Below, one piece after another: positions 13,332-25,530 of a stretch of 64,000 nucleotides of DNA. The DNA lies in contig CM052818.1 in NCBI GenBank assembly GCA_028534125.1, forward strand, positions 27,406,001 to 27,470,000, written 5' to 3'. How positions within the stretch are numbered: the first letter of the stretch is position 1; every line of letters starts with the position of its first letter. This DNA is from Lama glama. Taxonomy: Eukaryota. The position numbers and the translations under genes were made by a program. Below the pieces are notes generated by a model. That model did no database searches. It was not told the origin of the DNA and was given only the letters and a program-made list of their open reading frames with translations.

Positions 13332-15484
13332 CCCCGAAGAGCCCATCTGCTTGCTTTCTCTAGCACAAAAGTGACCTTTTCTCCCCAAGGACTGTCTCAG
13401 AGTCCAGCTGTAGGCCAAACAGCTGGTCAGAGTTTAGTTCAAGAAACTGACTTCCCCCACAATAGCTCTGTGGGGTTCTTTTCAGGACTCAGGGCAGTGT
13501 GGCTATCCGTACAGCTGGACACAGCACTTGCTGGTCGCACTTCACACCCTCTTCTCTGGTTCTTGCCTTCCAGGAGTCTATTTTTCATTTACAAGGACTG
13601 TTTACCTTGGCTTATGACCTGAGGAGCACTACCCTCCTTCAAGTGTATTTCCCAGTCCTCTGCCTCCATTCATTTATTTTATTTAAGACCGAGGGTAAAT
13701 GTGCTATTCCAGCAGCAAGGACAGCTCTAGGTCCTTCACCTACCACCTCAAATTAACTGAGGAAGCACAGGTTTTGAGATGCACACATCTCTAACTAGAG
13801 CAGTCCTGTTAAGTCAAACACTCCCTCTGCTGATAAAGTTGAAGAGAACACAACACTCCAAGGAGAACATACTTGGCCCCAGGGTCTGGGAGCTGACTTT
13901 TAAGCTTTCAACAGTAATGAAGCCACATGAAAGTTAAAAAGATTATTATTAAAGAGTTAGAGAAAAATCAAGTGGACCCTCAAAGAATTACCTCGTTTAG
14001 AAACTTCCCTTTTCATTGCCAACTAAGCGTTATAACTTAGCAATCAGTTCCAGCTTGCCCTTCTCCCCCTTCCAAAAACGTGTATAACCACCAGTGCTGA
14101 TGAATAAAAGGCTCCAAAGTGGATTACTGGAAAGCCACCAATTCATGACACCCACATGATGAACAATTACCATCAGGTTGTGAGATGAGATTCTTAAAAG
14201 GCAGGAAAGTTGAACAGGCCACACTGTAGCAGAGACATCAAAATTCAACCTACCCCAAGAGAACAGGGCTCTCTGAGCACATTCCCTAAAGTGATAAAAG
14301 GGTTTGGGTCCCCAAGCTTATACTCAGGGTAATTCTGTATCTGCTGTTTAGGACCCGGTCTACTTTATCTTGGCCAAATCTCTCTTCTTTCCCAGTTGAA
14401 AAGCAAAAGCTTAGTGCCAAATGTGTCACCCAAAGGTTGCAACTGGCTGTTGTATCCTTAAGTGTCTCGTGTCATACTGCCTCAATTTGCCAACCACTTT
14501 AAGACCTTTAGAAAAGTAAACAAACAAACAAACAAGTTCATGACTAGCGCTGAAGGAAAAACAACTACACACTGCTCAGTAACAAGTTGGGACTCCAGCC
14601 ATTAGTCATCAAGAATTCCTCAGTCCCTGAAGTCATAGGATTTGGAGTAAATCCAAATGGGATTTTGCTTTTTAAAATTCCTTATATTGCATTCCTACGG
14701 ACTTCCTGTGCAAGCCATTGTGAGGCATTTTTATTATTCACAGTCACACACTTCCACCCTCATGTTGTTGGCTTAGGATTTCCTTCCCCAAAGACGCTGT
14801 ACAGTTAAATTCCTGTGGACATGTGCAGATCACCTGGAGCAGTAAACGGGCTGTGTCATTCACTGGCACAGGCTCACAGACTGCGCGTACAATAAATGTT
14901 TGTTAAACTCCCTCCTCATTAGTCAACATTCATGTTTAAGACCCAATCCTAGATTCACTGAGAATCCAGAAATCTGTTTTATCATCATCAATTATTCATA
15001 TAGTCACATGAAGTGTGTCTATAAAGTAATTCACAATTGTTTGTCAGCTGTTTACAAACAACTGATCACCACAGCATCCCAACTGCCCCTGGTGCTAAGG
15101 AGAAAGTTATAAGCAGCCACCCACGAGGAAATTCTTACAAGCAGATGAAGGCTTGGCAAATGAAAGATGACACCTTTATGACAAACTGGCAAGAAGAAAA
15201 GTCCCCACGGATAAAAATTACCTTTAAATATTAGCAAAAATAAACACAGCTGAAACTAACCCACTGTAGCAAAATTTTAAAATAATAGATTCTAAGAAAA
15301 ATTAGGAGGGAGAGGAGGGGAAGGAGAGGACCCGGACAGTTCTGAGCTGCCTTCTGCCAACAATATGACTTCTCCCTGGGATTCTCTTTACAGGTAAGTG
15401 TCGTTTGTTTCAGTTTCCACAATGCAGACCAAACTGTTTGGATGGAAAAGTTTTTATATAATATCTTGGATGACCTTGAGTCCA

Positions 15485-15780
15485 GATTTAGTCAACAAAT
15501 GCTCATTGAGTTCTTCCTGTGTGCCAAGCGCTAGAATAACACACAATCCTGGCACTCAAGTGGTTCACAATGAGGCCCGGAGACAGAAATGTGAACTCTT
15601 AACGCAGAGTGAAAAGTGCTCTAACGAGGGAGGGAGAAGGTGCTATTTAAGGGCCCTGAGGGGGGTGGTGGGGGCCGAGGGGGTGGCATTACTTTTTCCT
15701 GGGCAGGCAGGAAGGCTTCACAAAGGAAGCAGCCTAAAATGGTAGCGTCGGAGGATGGGAACACATTTTGAAGGTTGTTC
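15485..15780 (-). mobile_element. L2 fragment
   Basis: TCAACAAATGCTCATTGAGTTCTTCCTGTGTGCCAAGCGCTAG...CAGGAAGGCTTCACAAAGGAAG. Confidence 0.6.
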
Positions 15781-18700
15781 GGATAACTTCGGGGAATCTG
15801 AAAGCCAACACCACACCCATTTTCCAGTGACTGGCTTTGCCCCTACACCTTTAGTGGCAGCAGATATCAGGAGGTGTGTGTCGAACATACCTCCTAATTT
15901 TCTGAGTTTTCAAAGGGGCTTTGTCCAAGATAAAGTTGAAATAAACTATAGGCAGGTATGAAATTTAGGAGTCAAATTTTCCTTTACCTGTGGGCTTTTA
16001 CTAATAACATGCAAATTACTAAAACTCTATGGGAAGTTAAACACTTATTATATACTAAGACTATTTTTTAAAAAAGTAAAGTTGGGATCATTACATACAT
16101 GAAATATATCCCTTCCGAACAAACAAACAAAAAATCTCACTGTCCATCTTTCCTGGGAGTCATCCTTCACTTTCCCCTTTTGTAGCTCCTAATATCTTCT
16201 ACTTTTCCATTCTCTCAAGAAATAGTATCACCAGCATTTCTGACGCAAGGGCACATGCTCACATATTCACACACAGTTTAAAAAATATAATACATGGACT
16301 ATTTTCAGTGCCAAATGCAGCTGTAATTATATATTTCTTTTGGACACGATTTATGTTATTAAAGCATGTAAATACTTTATCTCCCTCAAGTTTTCCAGGA
16401 CTCTATTGGCAGAGAGTCCTTCTCCATTCCCTTTCCAAAGCATCGAATACGGTTTCCTGAATAGATTGACAGTCAATAAACTTGGCTGTTGGGGGCTCAT
16501 CGTTTCCCAACATAGTCTTCAAAAATGATTTCATCTCCTTCCAACAAAAAACACTTCTGGCCTCTTTTATTTTGCTTTCTTCCCCCTACAGAAGTGTTCC
16601 ATTTCTCACCCTAAATTCCTGCTTTGCTATTCTGCTGTCACATCTAAAATTCCCATGTAAGGCCAAACACCAGGTTTAGTGATAATCTACTGTAAATCAC
16701 CCCACATTGCCTTAAGGATAGTAAAATTTTTGTCTCTATCACCAGGTAATGAAATCAGTAATTTTCCTGAGCTCTACTTGTCCATATACAGATATCCCAG
16801 TTAACTAGGCAGTTTAAAAGCCAAAGCACTTTAATTAGAGTTGTTTTTTCCAAATGTAATAAAACAATGCACCATCTTTATTAAGAAGTCATTTTCAGTT
16901 TGCTGATCTACAGAGTAGATGGTATAGTTAATTTGCTTCAAGCATGCAAGCTGTTCTCAGCACATCTGTAACACAATGCCAAGTATTCCTTGTGTTGTGC
17001 CCTCAGCAACTGAACACACACAAATACGCACACACACTCCCTCTACATCCAAAGGCACAAAGTTACCTACATCTTGAAAGAAGGCATTATTACAGCTTCC
17101 TGTCTCTCAAAGTCACACCTGTAACTGGGCCAGGGGCCAGGTGCTGATGCTACGGATATATTTGACCATCCTGGGCACATCTTTTTAAGCCAACAAGTCT
17201 GTCACAACCTTGAAAAGAACTTTGTTTCCTTAAGTTTTATCACTTTCTGATCCATATTATCATATTTCACACTGTCAAATGAGTTTTATGTGCTGGCCAA
17301 CACTGCTCCCCCTCCAAACATTTCTACAGAACTCTTCTGCCAGCCTATTAGTGCAGACACCATTATTGGAAGGGGTCCAACCGAGGATGTGATGCTTGGC
17401 ACCAACTTCTCTTAATAGTTGAGTTACCAACAGCCGGAGAGCTGCATGCAACCAGGCTGTGGAGGATGTGGTGGCAAATGGGAAGATGCTGGTACGCATG
17501 CCTTTCCAATGGCTTTCAGGGCACGTGAGGTCCAGCCACACGGGGTCGTGGCAGGGATTCATCAGGGAAGGAGAGCCCAACCACAACACAAAGACGTGGA
17601 CATGAGAGGAACCAAATGGACCTTTGAAAAGACTCATGGCAGCAAATGCACACTGAACCCTTTGGCTGCTTCCAAGAGAGAAGTGCCCCCCCCATCTCCA
17701 CTGCCCCAGGCATTCATCCTTTCCTTACTACACCTGCAGTTTTAAAAGTTCTTAAGCTAATAAGCACCAACCAAGCAGGAAGAAAACCAAGACCTATTGA
17801 TACAGCAAAGAGTAAAGCAGAACCTCTTTAGGCAAAAGCTCTGGTTAGTAAATGAACACCACCCCCCTGCCCCGCCCCAATGGCTATTTCAGACACCACC
17901 ACTATTAGCTATCCAGAAATCTACCCTGCCAGAGAGAGGATAAGAACCGGAAGAGGATTTAACTTTTGATATTATCCTTAGAAAAAGAAAAGAAAAGAAG
18001 GAAAGACAGAGCAAGTCATAGCACTCCACTAGAAGTGTTTTCCGTTTAACAATATAAAATGTCTACCCAGTTACTAACAGACTTAAAGAAGTTTTCCAGA
18101 TTGGAGGAAAAAAAAAATCTTGGGAAGCAAAAGCCAAAACAGGATAGAAAACTGAAAATTAAGTAAGTTCATATTGCTAGGGATTGGTGGCTTAGGTAAC
18201 TGAACTGGAAGTGAGAATCAAAACCAAGAAAAAAAAGTGAGAATTATGGAAGGGATCTACATAATGATTAGCTGCTGACTTCTCTCCTGTCACACACTCC
18301 CAAATGAAGTACTTAGCATTCAGCAGATTTATTAACAAATAAATGCCCGACTGGAATTAACTAGCACCTCATTCTGGAAGGCTGATCTTGGCCAAAATGT
18401 AATATCCCAAGGCACAGCAGGCTGACTGCTGGTGTACACTGCAAGCAGGGCGAAACACCACATACTTTGGAATCAGACATATTACATCAAGTTTCAGGGC
18501 CATAGGTCCATACCATTTAATTCTGTGCCACGCCCTGTCAGGGGACATCATGCACAGAGAGGGTGACGTTTCTAGACCTTAAGAGACAACTCCCAAGCTT
18601 CACAGTTAGCCTGGACTTGAAGCACATTCAGTGAAGATCTGTCTCAAATCCAGGCAGAGAGCTTCGTGGTCTGGGGGCTCAGGGACACACGGAGCAGAGG

Positions 18701-20085
18701 GACTGTCACAGCGTGCAGCAGGTCCCTAGCGAGGCACCCAAGTGCCAGTGCGGCCAGGGCCCCTCCTTTCATGGATGTGATGTTATGTTCCTTTAAATTC
18801 AGTCTGCTCCTTAAGGAAACTCCCTGGCAAGTGAAAACAGCAGCAAAGGTAAAAGAATGCTGAGAATTTGGCTGCTGCCTACAGTATTAGGAAGAACAGC
18901 AATCACTCAACTCTCTCCTAGTGTCAGGGGCAGAAATGAGCATGTGAATTTGGGCAAGTTTTGGCCTGTCCTTGCTCAAGCCTCTCCCTTTGCAGGATCT
19001 GTCACCTACCTACCTCACAGTCATAATAACTAATTAAGTAAATGAGAAAATGGAGAAAGAGTGAAGGCAGCAGGCCAGCAGAGACATAAAAGAGAGGCAT
19101 AAATTCTCCCCTGAATCCAGACCAGGCCACAGTTAATACAGCTTAAAGGCTGCTGGCGTTTAAAAGATGCCACTAACTTCCCGAAAACTGTATTTTGCTG
19201 TCTCTAACACCTCACAATAAACATAACTATGGGAGAACTCGCGATCTCTTCCCGCAAGCCCTCGCATCCATGGCACCTGGGAGAGTCATGTAGACGTTAC
19301 CACTTCTTCCTTCCCTGGCTTTGCAAACACGAGGTAATATCTGACTCTTGCCCCACACTTTCAGGTCATAAAAACACTGATCTTCTGAGCAGAAGGGCCT
19401 TATGATATCAGCTGGTTCAGTACCCCTGCCTTCAGGTAGGTTTAACTACTTAATTCTCTTCTGACAAATTAAGGCAAAAATCAAGTCAAGGGAAGTTGAG
19501 GTGGTTTTATTTCAGTTACTGAGCTATTAAGGGATGAAGGAACATCGGAAACCATGGCTCTTGTTTCTCCTTAATCATACTATTCTCATCTGCAAGAATT
19601 TTGTAAAGTTTACGTTTCTGAGCAGCCTTAAATCCGTCCTGCAACAAGTGAGGATTTATAGAAATCCATTCAGTCTTTTGATTAAAATATGGAAATTTAT
19701 TTGGCCTTTCATTTTAACATCAGTGATGGTGGTAATAAATTTTCCTTAAACCTGCCTGACACCTAAGAGCTCAGTGGTTCTGAACACAGCAAACCTGATC
19801 TTTCTCAAACTATTTAAAAATTCTTTGACTTTGGCTTTCAGAGATAAGTGTCTAAAATCTATTCCTTTTTCCTGCCTTAGAAAGTAAATGCCCATACCTT
19901 TAAAAAGGCAAAGAGCCCAACTCTGGAAAGTGAGGAACGGTTTTCAAGATCTGCATCTGACGAGATGATGGGATGTTCTGCCTCTGCAGAATTATAAACA
20001 TACGTGCTGAGGGACTGAGTGAACACATCCTGTATGCACGGTTCCTCACACCTTACAGGCCTGAAGTGGCCCAACTGATTCTTTA

Positions 20086-20190
20086 TTAATTACTAATTTA
20101 TTTTAATGGAGGTACTGGGGATTGAACCCAGGACCTTACACATGCTAAGCATGCATTCTACCACTGAGCTATACCCATCTCTCCTTTAGT
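20086..20190 (-). mobile_element. Camelid tRNA-derived SINE (Vic-1 type)
   Basis: Reverse complement reads GGGTATAGCTCAGTGGTAGAATGCATGCTTAGCATG...GGTCCTGGGTTCAATCCCCAGTACCTCCATTAAAA (A and B boxes). Flanked by CCAACTGATTCTTTA / CCAACTAATTCTTAA direct repeats. Confidence 0.88.
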
Positions 20191-21073
20191 CCAACTAATT
20201 CTTAATATTAAAAGTCCTGTTCAGGCCACACTTTCTCAAGGTAGTTTGCCTTATTGTGGCAGGTCTTTTGGAGTCTTAAAAATAAAAAAAAAAAGAGGTA
20301 TCACCAGCCTTCAATATGAAGATACCTTTTGTTTTATCACAGCTGTGAACCATTTTGCTCGTGGCCTTTGGATGAGATGTTAAATAAGTTAACTCTCCTA
20401 GACCAGGATTTTGCAAGCTCAGGTTTCATTGTGCCCTGCCAGAAATTCCTTTCTGTTTTGAGTCTGAGATGTTTGTTTATGGTTTTTGTTTTGAAATGCT
20501 AAATAAGACAGGCGTAGTCTCCAGTTACAGCCTATACCTTTCTTTCAACCTTGCCAGAGCCACCGGGGCTGGCTGCTGATGGCTTCACTAGAATTCCCAA
20601 AGAGCAGACTCTACGGATTCTCCTCTCAGGAACTTGAAATGTAAAATGACAACACCTTAAAATACAACGAACACCCAATTTTCTTTCTGAAATGTTCGTA
20701 AGACATATGTTTCCAGGATATTTTAAAATGAGGGTGTTCTTTTTGGATTTGACAAATATACACTACCACGAAACCCTGGAATTTGGAAGTTCACCTCATC
20801 TTGCTTGTAAGTTTACATGTTTGAACACTAGGACTCTTGATGAAAGATAGAAGCACTATGGTGACAGTTACTAAAAAGAGTTTCTATTTAAAAAAAAACA
20901 AAACTCAGTTTCAACTGTGTGATGATAAGATTTGGCTGTCAAGAAGAAAATAAAAAGAGTTGCAAACTACTAATTCCAAGTATCATCATTATGTTCTTTC
21001 TCCTTGTTCCGTAACAGACAAATATAAAGCATATGCCTCATGAGTTCTCAGCCCATATTTACTGGATGAAAAT

Positions 21074-21115
21074 GTTACTAGGTATGAAAGAAAGGTTACT
21101 AGGTATGAAGGAAAA
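21074..21115 (+). repeat. Tandem duplication, 21 bp x 2
   Basis: GTTACTAGGTATGAAAGAAAG / GTTACTAGGTATGAAGGAAAA. Confidence 0.9.
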
Positions 21116-21999
21116 GTCTTCCTGAAGTGGGACCACACCTACACTAGGAACCAAAGAGATAAGAAAGTCAGGTGTTTTAATTCTAGGCATTCTTTTCTAG
21201 TCTTCCACCGCAGCACAAAGACAGAGAAACTACAGTGCAAATCCACAGTAAAGCTGCAGTATTAGCCCATGTGAAAGACGGACGGAACACATCAGATCAA
21301 GAAAAGCAAGGCAGATGTACTCTGGGCCGCACACCATCTCCTGCTCGCTGCCAAGCCCACCCCGTCTCTGAGCCGGCAGGCTGCTGCTGCTTCCTCCTGG
21401 ATCCCCAGCTTGCCTTGGTGAAGCTCCCAGGGTCTCTGATGTCTCCAGCCATGTCTGGAAACCCACAGACAACGCCTCACGATAAAAGGAAATGTAATGC
21501 ACTTTCAGGAAACCATATGCCATCCATATTAAGATAAGTCACCTTTTAAAAAATATTAACTTGAAATAGCTCTCTGGAAGTAAGGATTCAAATCACAAAA
21601 TCAAGCGGATGACCACATTCTCCTGAAACACTGACGGGATTAAGAATATGTCATCCTGGGTCAAACCCGGGAAGGGATTTTTTGTTCCAGAGACCCTGGA
21701 CTCACAGCCCCTTGTTCTCAGTACTTCCCAGTCTTTTTCTCTCTGATGAACATCTGAGACCAGAATTCCTGGAGTCTCCTGTCAAAGAGACTTAGTGAAG
21801 TATGGTCAAGATGTATGTCCACAAAGCAGATTTTTTTAAAGCTTATACAGAAAGAAAGCTAACAAAAAAATGAGAAAGGATGAAAAATAGAATGGCGATT
21901 AGAATTAATTATCTTTTAAAAATCTGTTTGGTACCAGGAACTACATGAACCATCATACACACACACACACGTACATGTAATCATATACATATATGTAGT

Positions 22000-22190
22000 A
22001 AGTCTCTCCAATCCTCACTACAATACTTCCTTGATAGAAAGCTACTAATATCCCATTTTCACAAATGAGGAAACTGGAGCCCAGAACAATTAGGCAAGCT
22101 GGTTGTTCATGGTTGGAGAAAAATAACAAGAGCTGAGATTCAAACATAGGTTTGTCTGGCCCCAAGGCCCATTCTCTTTCTCTACAACAC
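22000..22190 (-). mobile_element. MIR SINE
   Basis: ATCCCATTTTCACAAATGAGGAAACTGGAGCCCAGA...GAGCTGAGATTCAAACATAGGTTTGTCTGGCCCCAAGGCCC. Confidence 0.8.
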
Positions 22191-22539
22191 CCTGCATAGA
22201 GTGGGAAGGAGGAGGGAGGCGAAGAGACCCCTAAGCCTGGCTTGCTGCCGCAGCCCCCAATCCTTCCTGGAGTCAGGGTCGGAGTTAGGACCCCTCTCAG
22301 TTGCTCCTGAGATGCTCAGCACTTTCTGTGTCAGGACTTCACAGCTGCAAGTAACCATCACGGCTGCAAGAAAACCGTAGATTTTCCCAGTTTTCACTGC
22401 CAGCCTTCAGACCACGGCTTCTGTGAAAGCAGGGCCACTATCCTACTTATTTTGGTTGAAAAATACTTACCAGAACAGCAGGTAACACTATCAGGTCCGA
22501 CCATACACCACACTCATGCTACACGCTTTACCTGCACTA

Positions 22540-22703
22540 GCCATTACTTCAAGTGTGGTCCTGGGACCTGCAGCATTAGCATCACCTGGGAGTTTTTCAG
22601 AACTGCAGAATCTCAAGCCCCACCCAGACCTACTGCACCAGACCCTGCAAGTTGAATGAGATCCCCAGGTGATTTGTGTGCACATTAAAACTTCAGAAGC
22701 ACA
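22540..22703. mobile_element. MER5A (hAT-Charlie)
   Basis: TCAAGTGTGGTCC...GCAGCATTAGCATCACCTGGGAG...GCAGAATCTCAAGCCCCACCCAGACCTACTG...GATCCCCAGGTGATT...CACATTAAAA. Confidence 0.85.
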
Positions 22704-23479
22704 GTTTTCTCTCATTGAATCCTCGCAGCAAACATAGGTGGCACCCATTACAATTAACAGCCAGGGAAACTGAGGCTTAGAGAAGTTAACAGCACAAAGA
22801 CCAGCCCCACAGCAGCTGCTCAGTAAATACTTGTGGGTAAAGGATGGCAGGGAAACAGGTCAGACTAGAAAGAAGTGGAGGAATGGCCTAGTTTGTACCA
22901 AAAGCGGCAGGAGGTGGGATGGGGAAGAGGTGAGCTGCAGCAAAACAAGCTGTTTCCCCAGCCCAAGGCAGGCCACATCCTGTGCCGACCACGGCTGTGG
23001 ACACTCCAGGGGCTTAGAGCAAATTCTTCTTCCAGAATATGCTGAGAAGGAAACGTACACTGGCGATTATAGTGACTTTAGGTGCCCCCTTCTTCCCCAA
23101 ATGAAATATTTGCCCACAGATAAACGGTTACACTGAGAATTCTTATGACTAATGCAAAACCTTCCAATTCTTTATTTTTACCGAAAATATACAAATGTTG
23201 TGAAAATTATGTAGACAAAGTACAACAAATGGGCATCAGGAGGAAAGGCAGCAAATAGCTTCAGGGGCCTTTAAATCAGTTTTTAACTCAATGCATTTAT
23301 GGTGATGGGGTAGGAGGAGGGAGGAGGGGACCTGAACTCAGTAATAATTTGCTCCCTTTCTAAGAGCCCAAACTCCGTAACTACTGATGATCGATTACTC
23401 AGGTAGAAGAGGAGTAAACAGAACAAGAGAACGAGCCCACGTCAAGTTGTTTTACGGTATGGTTAACAGCTTTGTTGTC

Positions 23480-23650
23480 GTTGAGTGTTTACCATGTGCT
23501 AGTCATTCTTCTAAGTGCTTCATCGGGCTGTATTCACTGAGTCCTTATACCACCCTATTATTAACCCCACTATACAGATGAGAAAACTGAGATGCACAGA
23601 AGCAGAGTGCAGATTTGACCCTAGAAACCAAGTTTCTAACCACTATACTC
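23480..23650 (-). mobile_element. MIR SINE
   Basis: TTGAGTGTTTACCATGTGCTAG...CCCACTATACAGATGAGAAAACTGAG. Confidence 0.7.
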
Positions 23651-24929
23651 TTGAACTGAGGTTTAAGTACTTCACATGGAGACTTAATTGGGGTTGGGGG
23701 CAGGAGGTAAGGAACTGAACCATGTTCATTTAGTAACTACATTAGAAATGGGAATCTCTTTTGATGTATTTTTTTCATGTGGGCCTAAAATGAACAGTAA
23801 CCAGTGCTTTACCTTGAGGGCATACTTAAATGTAAGTATATTCAACCACTCTGTCCATGAGACCCAGAGGTCTTGTCTAAACACAGCAGTTTTCCATGAT
23901 TTGATCAGGCTAACTGGCCAGGACAAGTAGCAAGGAGTGGGTGAAATCAGGAGATGCTGGTAAAGGGACACCTCTCAGCTCACCGCCCCCGCTCATCTGC
24001 CTAGTGGAACAGGCTAGAACAGAAAGAAAATCACTCCCAAAAGGAAACCTGCCATTTCAAACCACAGCTGGTAGAGCGTTACAAGTGCAGCCTCATTCTT
24101 AGATGCTGGGAAACACTCTGATGTGTATCGCACAAGCTCTAAGCATGGGTAGGATCCCTTCCCCCACCAACAGGGCGATCTTACACTTTTAAATCTAGTT
24201 GAAATTTGAATTCTCCTTTTCAGCCACCAGAGCCTGTAAAGATCATCACAGATCCTGTGATTCCTAAGACAAATTTTAACCACATATCTCACTCACCAAC
24301 TAATCTTATTTACAGAGCTGAGAAATCGCTTCTACCTGGCTTGAACTCATACTGTTGTGCAGACTTTTTAAGGTCTGGCTGTCTCCTTCTTCATCTTGAT
24401 TAAAATAGTATTTGGAGTAGGAAACAGGTCTGAGGCTTCCCAGCACCCCCATCCCAGAAGAAGGCCTTGTATAGAGCAGATCAATGAATGAGTGACTGAT
24501 TTCTATGCAGAGACAAGTCAGAGCTTTAAAAATTCAGCTTGGAGAATTCGACCTCTGAGAAGGAAAGCTTTCAGTTTGTTATTCATGCATGCTTGGCTAG
24601 TCCACTGTTTCTTCCTCAAATAATTAATTGAGCTTTACTGGGGTGTCTCCAAAAATCCTGATCCTGCACGTGCCATAGGGAACATGATGTTACAGGTACC
24701 TGCTTCACCAAATATTTTCACCTTCCACTCATCTCACCATCTCCTACCCAGTGGTGTTTACACACTAAAACGGCACTGCCATTTCTCGTATCAGTGCCAT
24801 AGCCTGAATGATGTTAAACACACCCACATTTTTCAGGAATTTCACAATTAATGTCTGGAATGTGTTCGGGATTATTCTTCAAAGGATGACATAGTTGCTC
24901 CAAGATGAATTCAATATTTTTCCCTTCTC

Positions 24930-25530
24930 CCATTTGTCATTCTTTAGTCCTCCCACTCCATTATCTTTCTAGGGTCATCTCTTTTATCTATTCCCCCCAA
25001 CTTCATAATTCCTGTCCCTTGCATCCCCAAACTGTTCCCTGGTTCATCCAGATCATTGCATTTTAATCAAGCCACACCGAACACAGAAACCTGCACCCTA
25101 TGGGTAACACCTCCTACAACTGGTTTTAATTCCCAAAGTCTAAGAATTATTCATATGGTTTTCTTCACAAATTAACCTGTCTGTTCACCACTGCATTGCC
25201 AACATACTGCTTGTAGATTCTCCTGGTCACGTTCAATATGTGTTAATGGCAGCAAAATCTCTAGACTCGCTCTTTTTGCCTTTCTGGTGCTATGCAATTC
25301 ATCTGCCCTTTGCCAAGTGTTGCATGTGACTAGACTCCTCAATAACTGAGGATTCTGTAAGCTCGATAGTCAAAGTGAAGGTCACCAAGTCCTGTTATTT
25401 GTATATGTGCAGTGAATAGTCTCTCCATGTTTTGTCAATATTTACTTTGGGGAAGAACTAATTATTTCCTTGTTTACTTACATGGGTTCCTCTTCCCAGG
25501 CCGTGTTAATGTGATTTGGTCAGCCCTCTG
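24930..25530 (-). mobile_element. Possible ancient CR1/L3 LINE RT fragment
   Basis: Minus-strand remnants HGLGRG...FFPKV, then VVGGV...QVSVFG...NDLDE and KLGG, in CR1 RT order (QHGF.KG; SGVPQGSVLG; NDLDE; KLGG). Heavily decayed. Confidence 0.45.
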
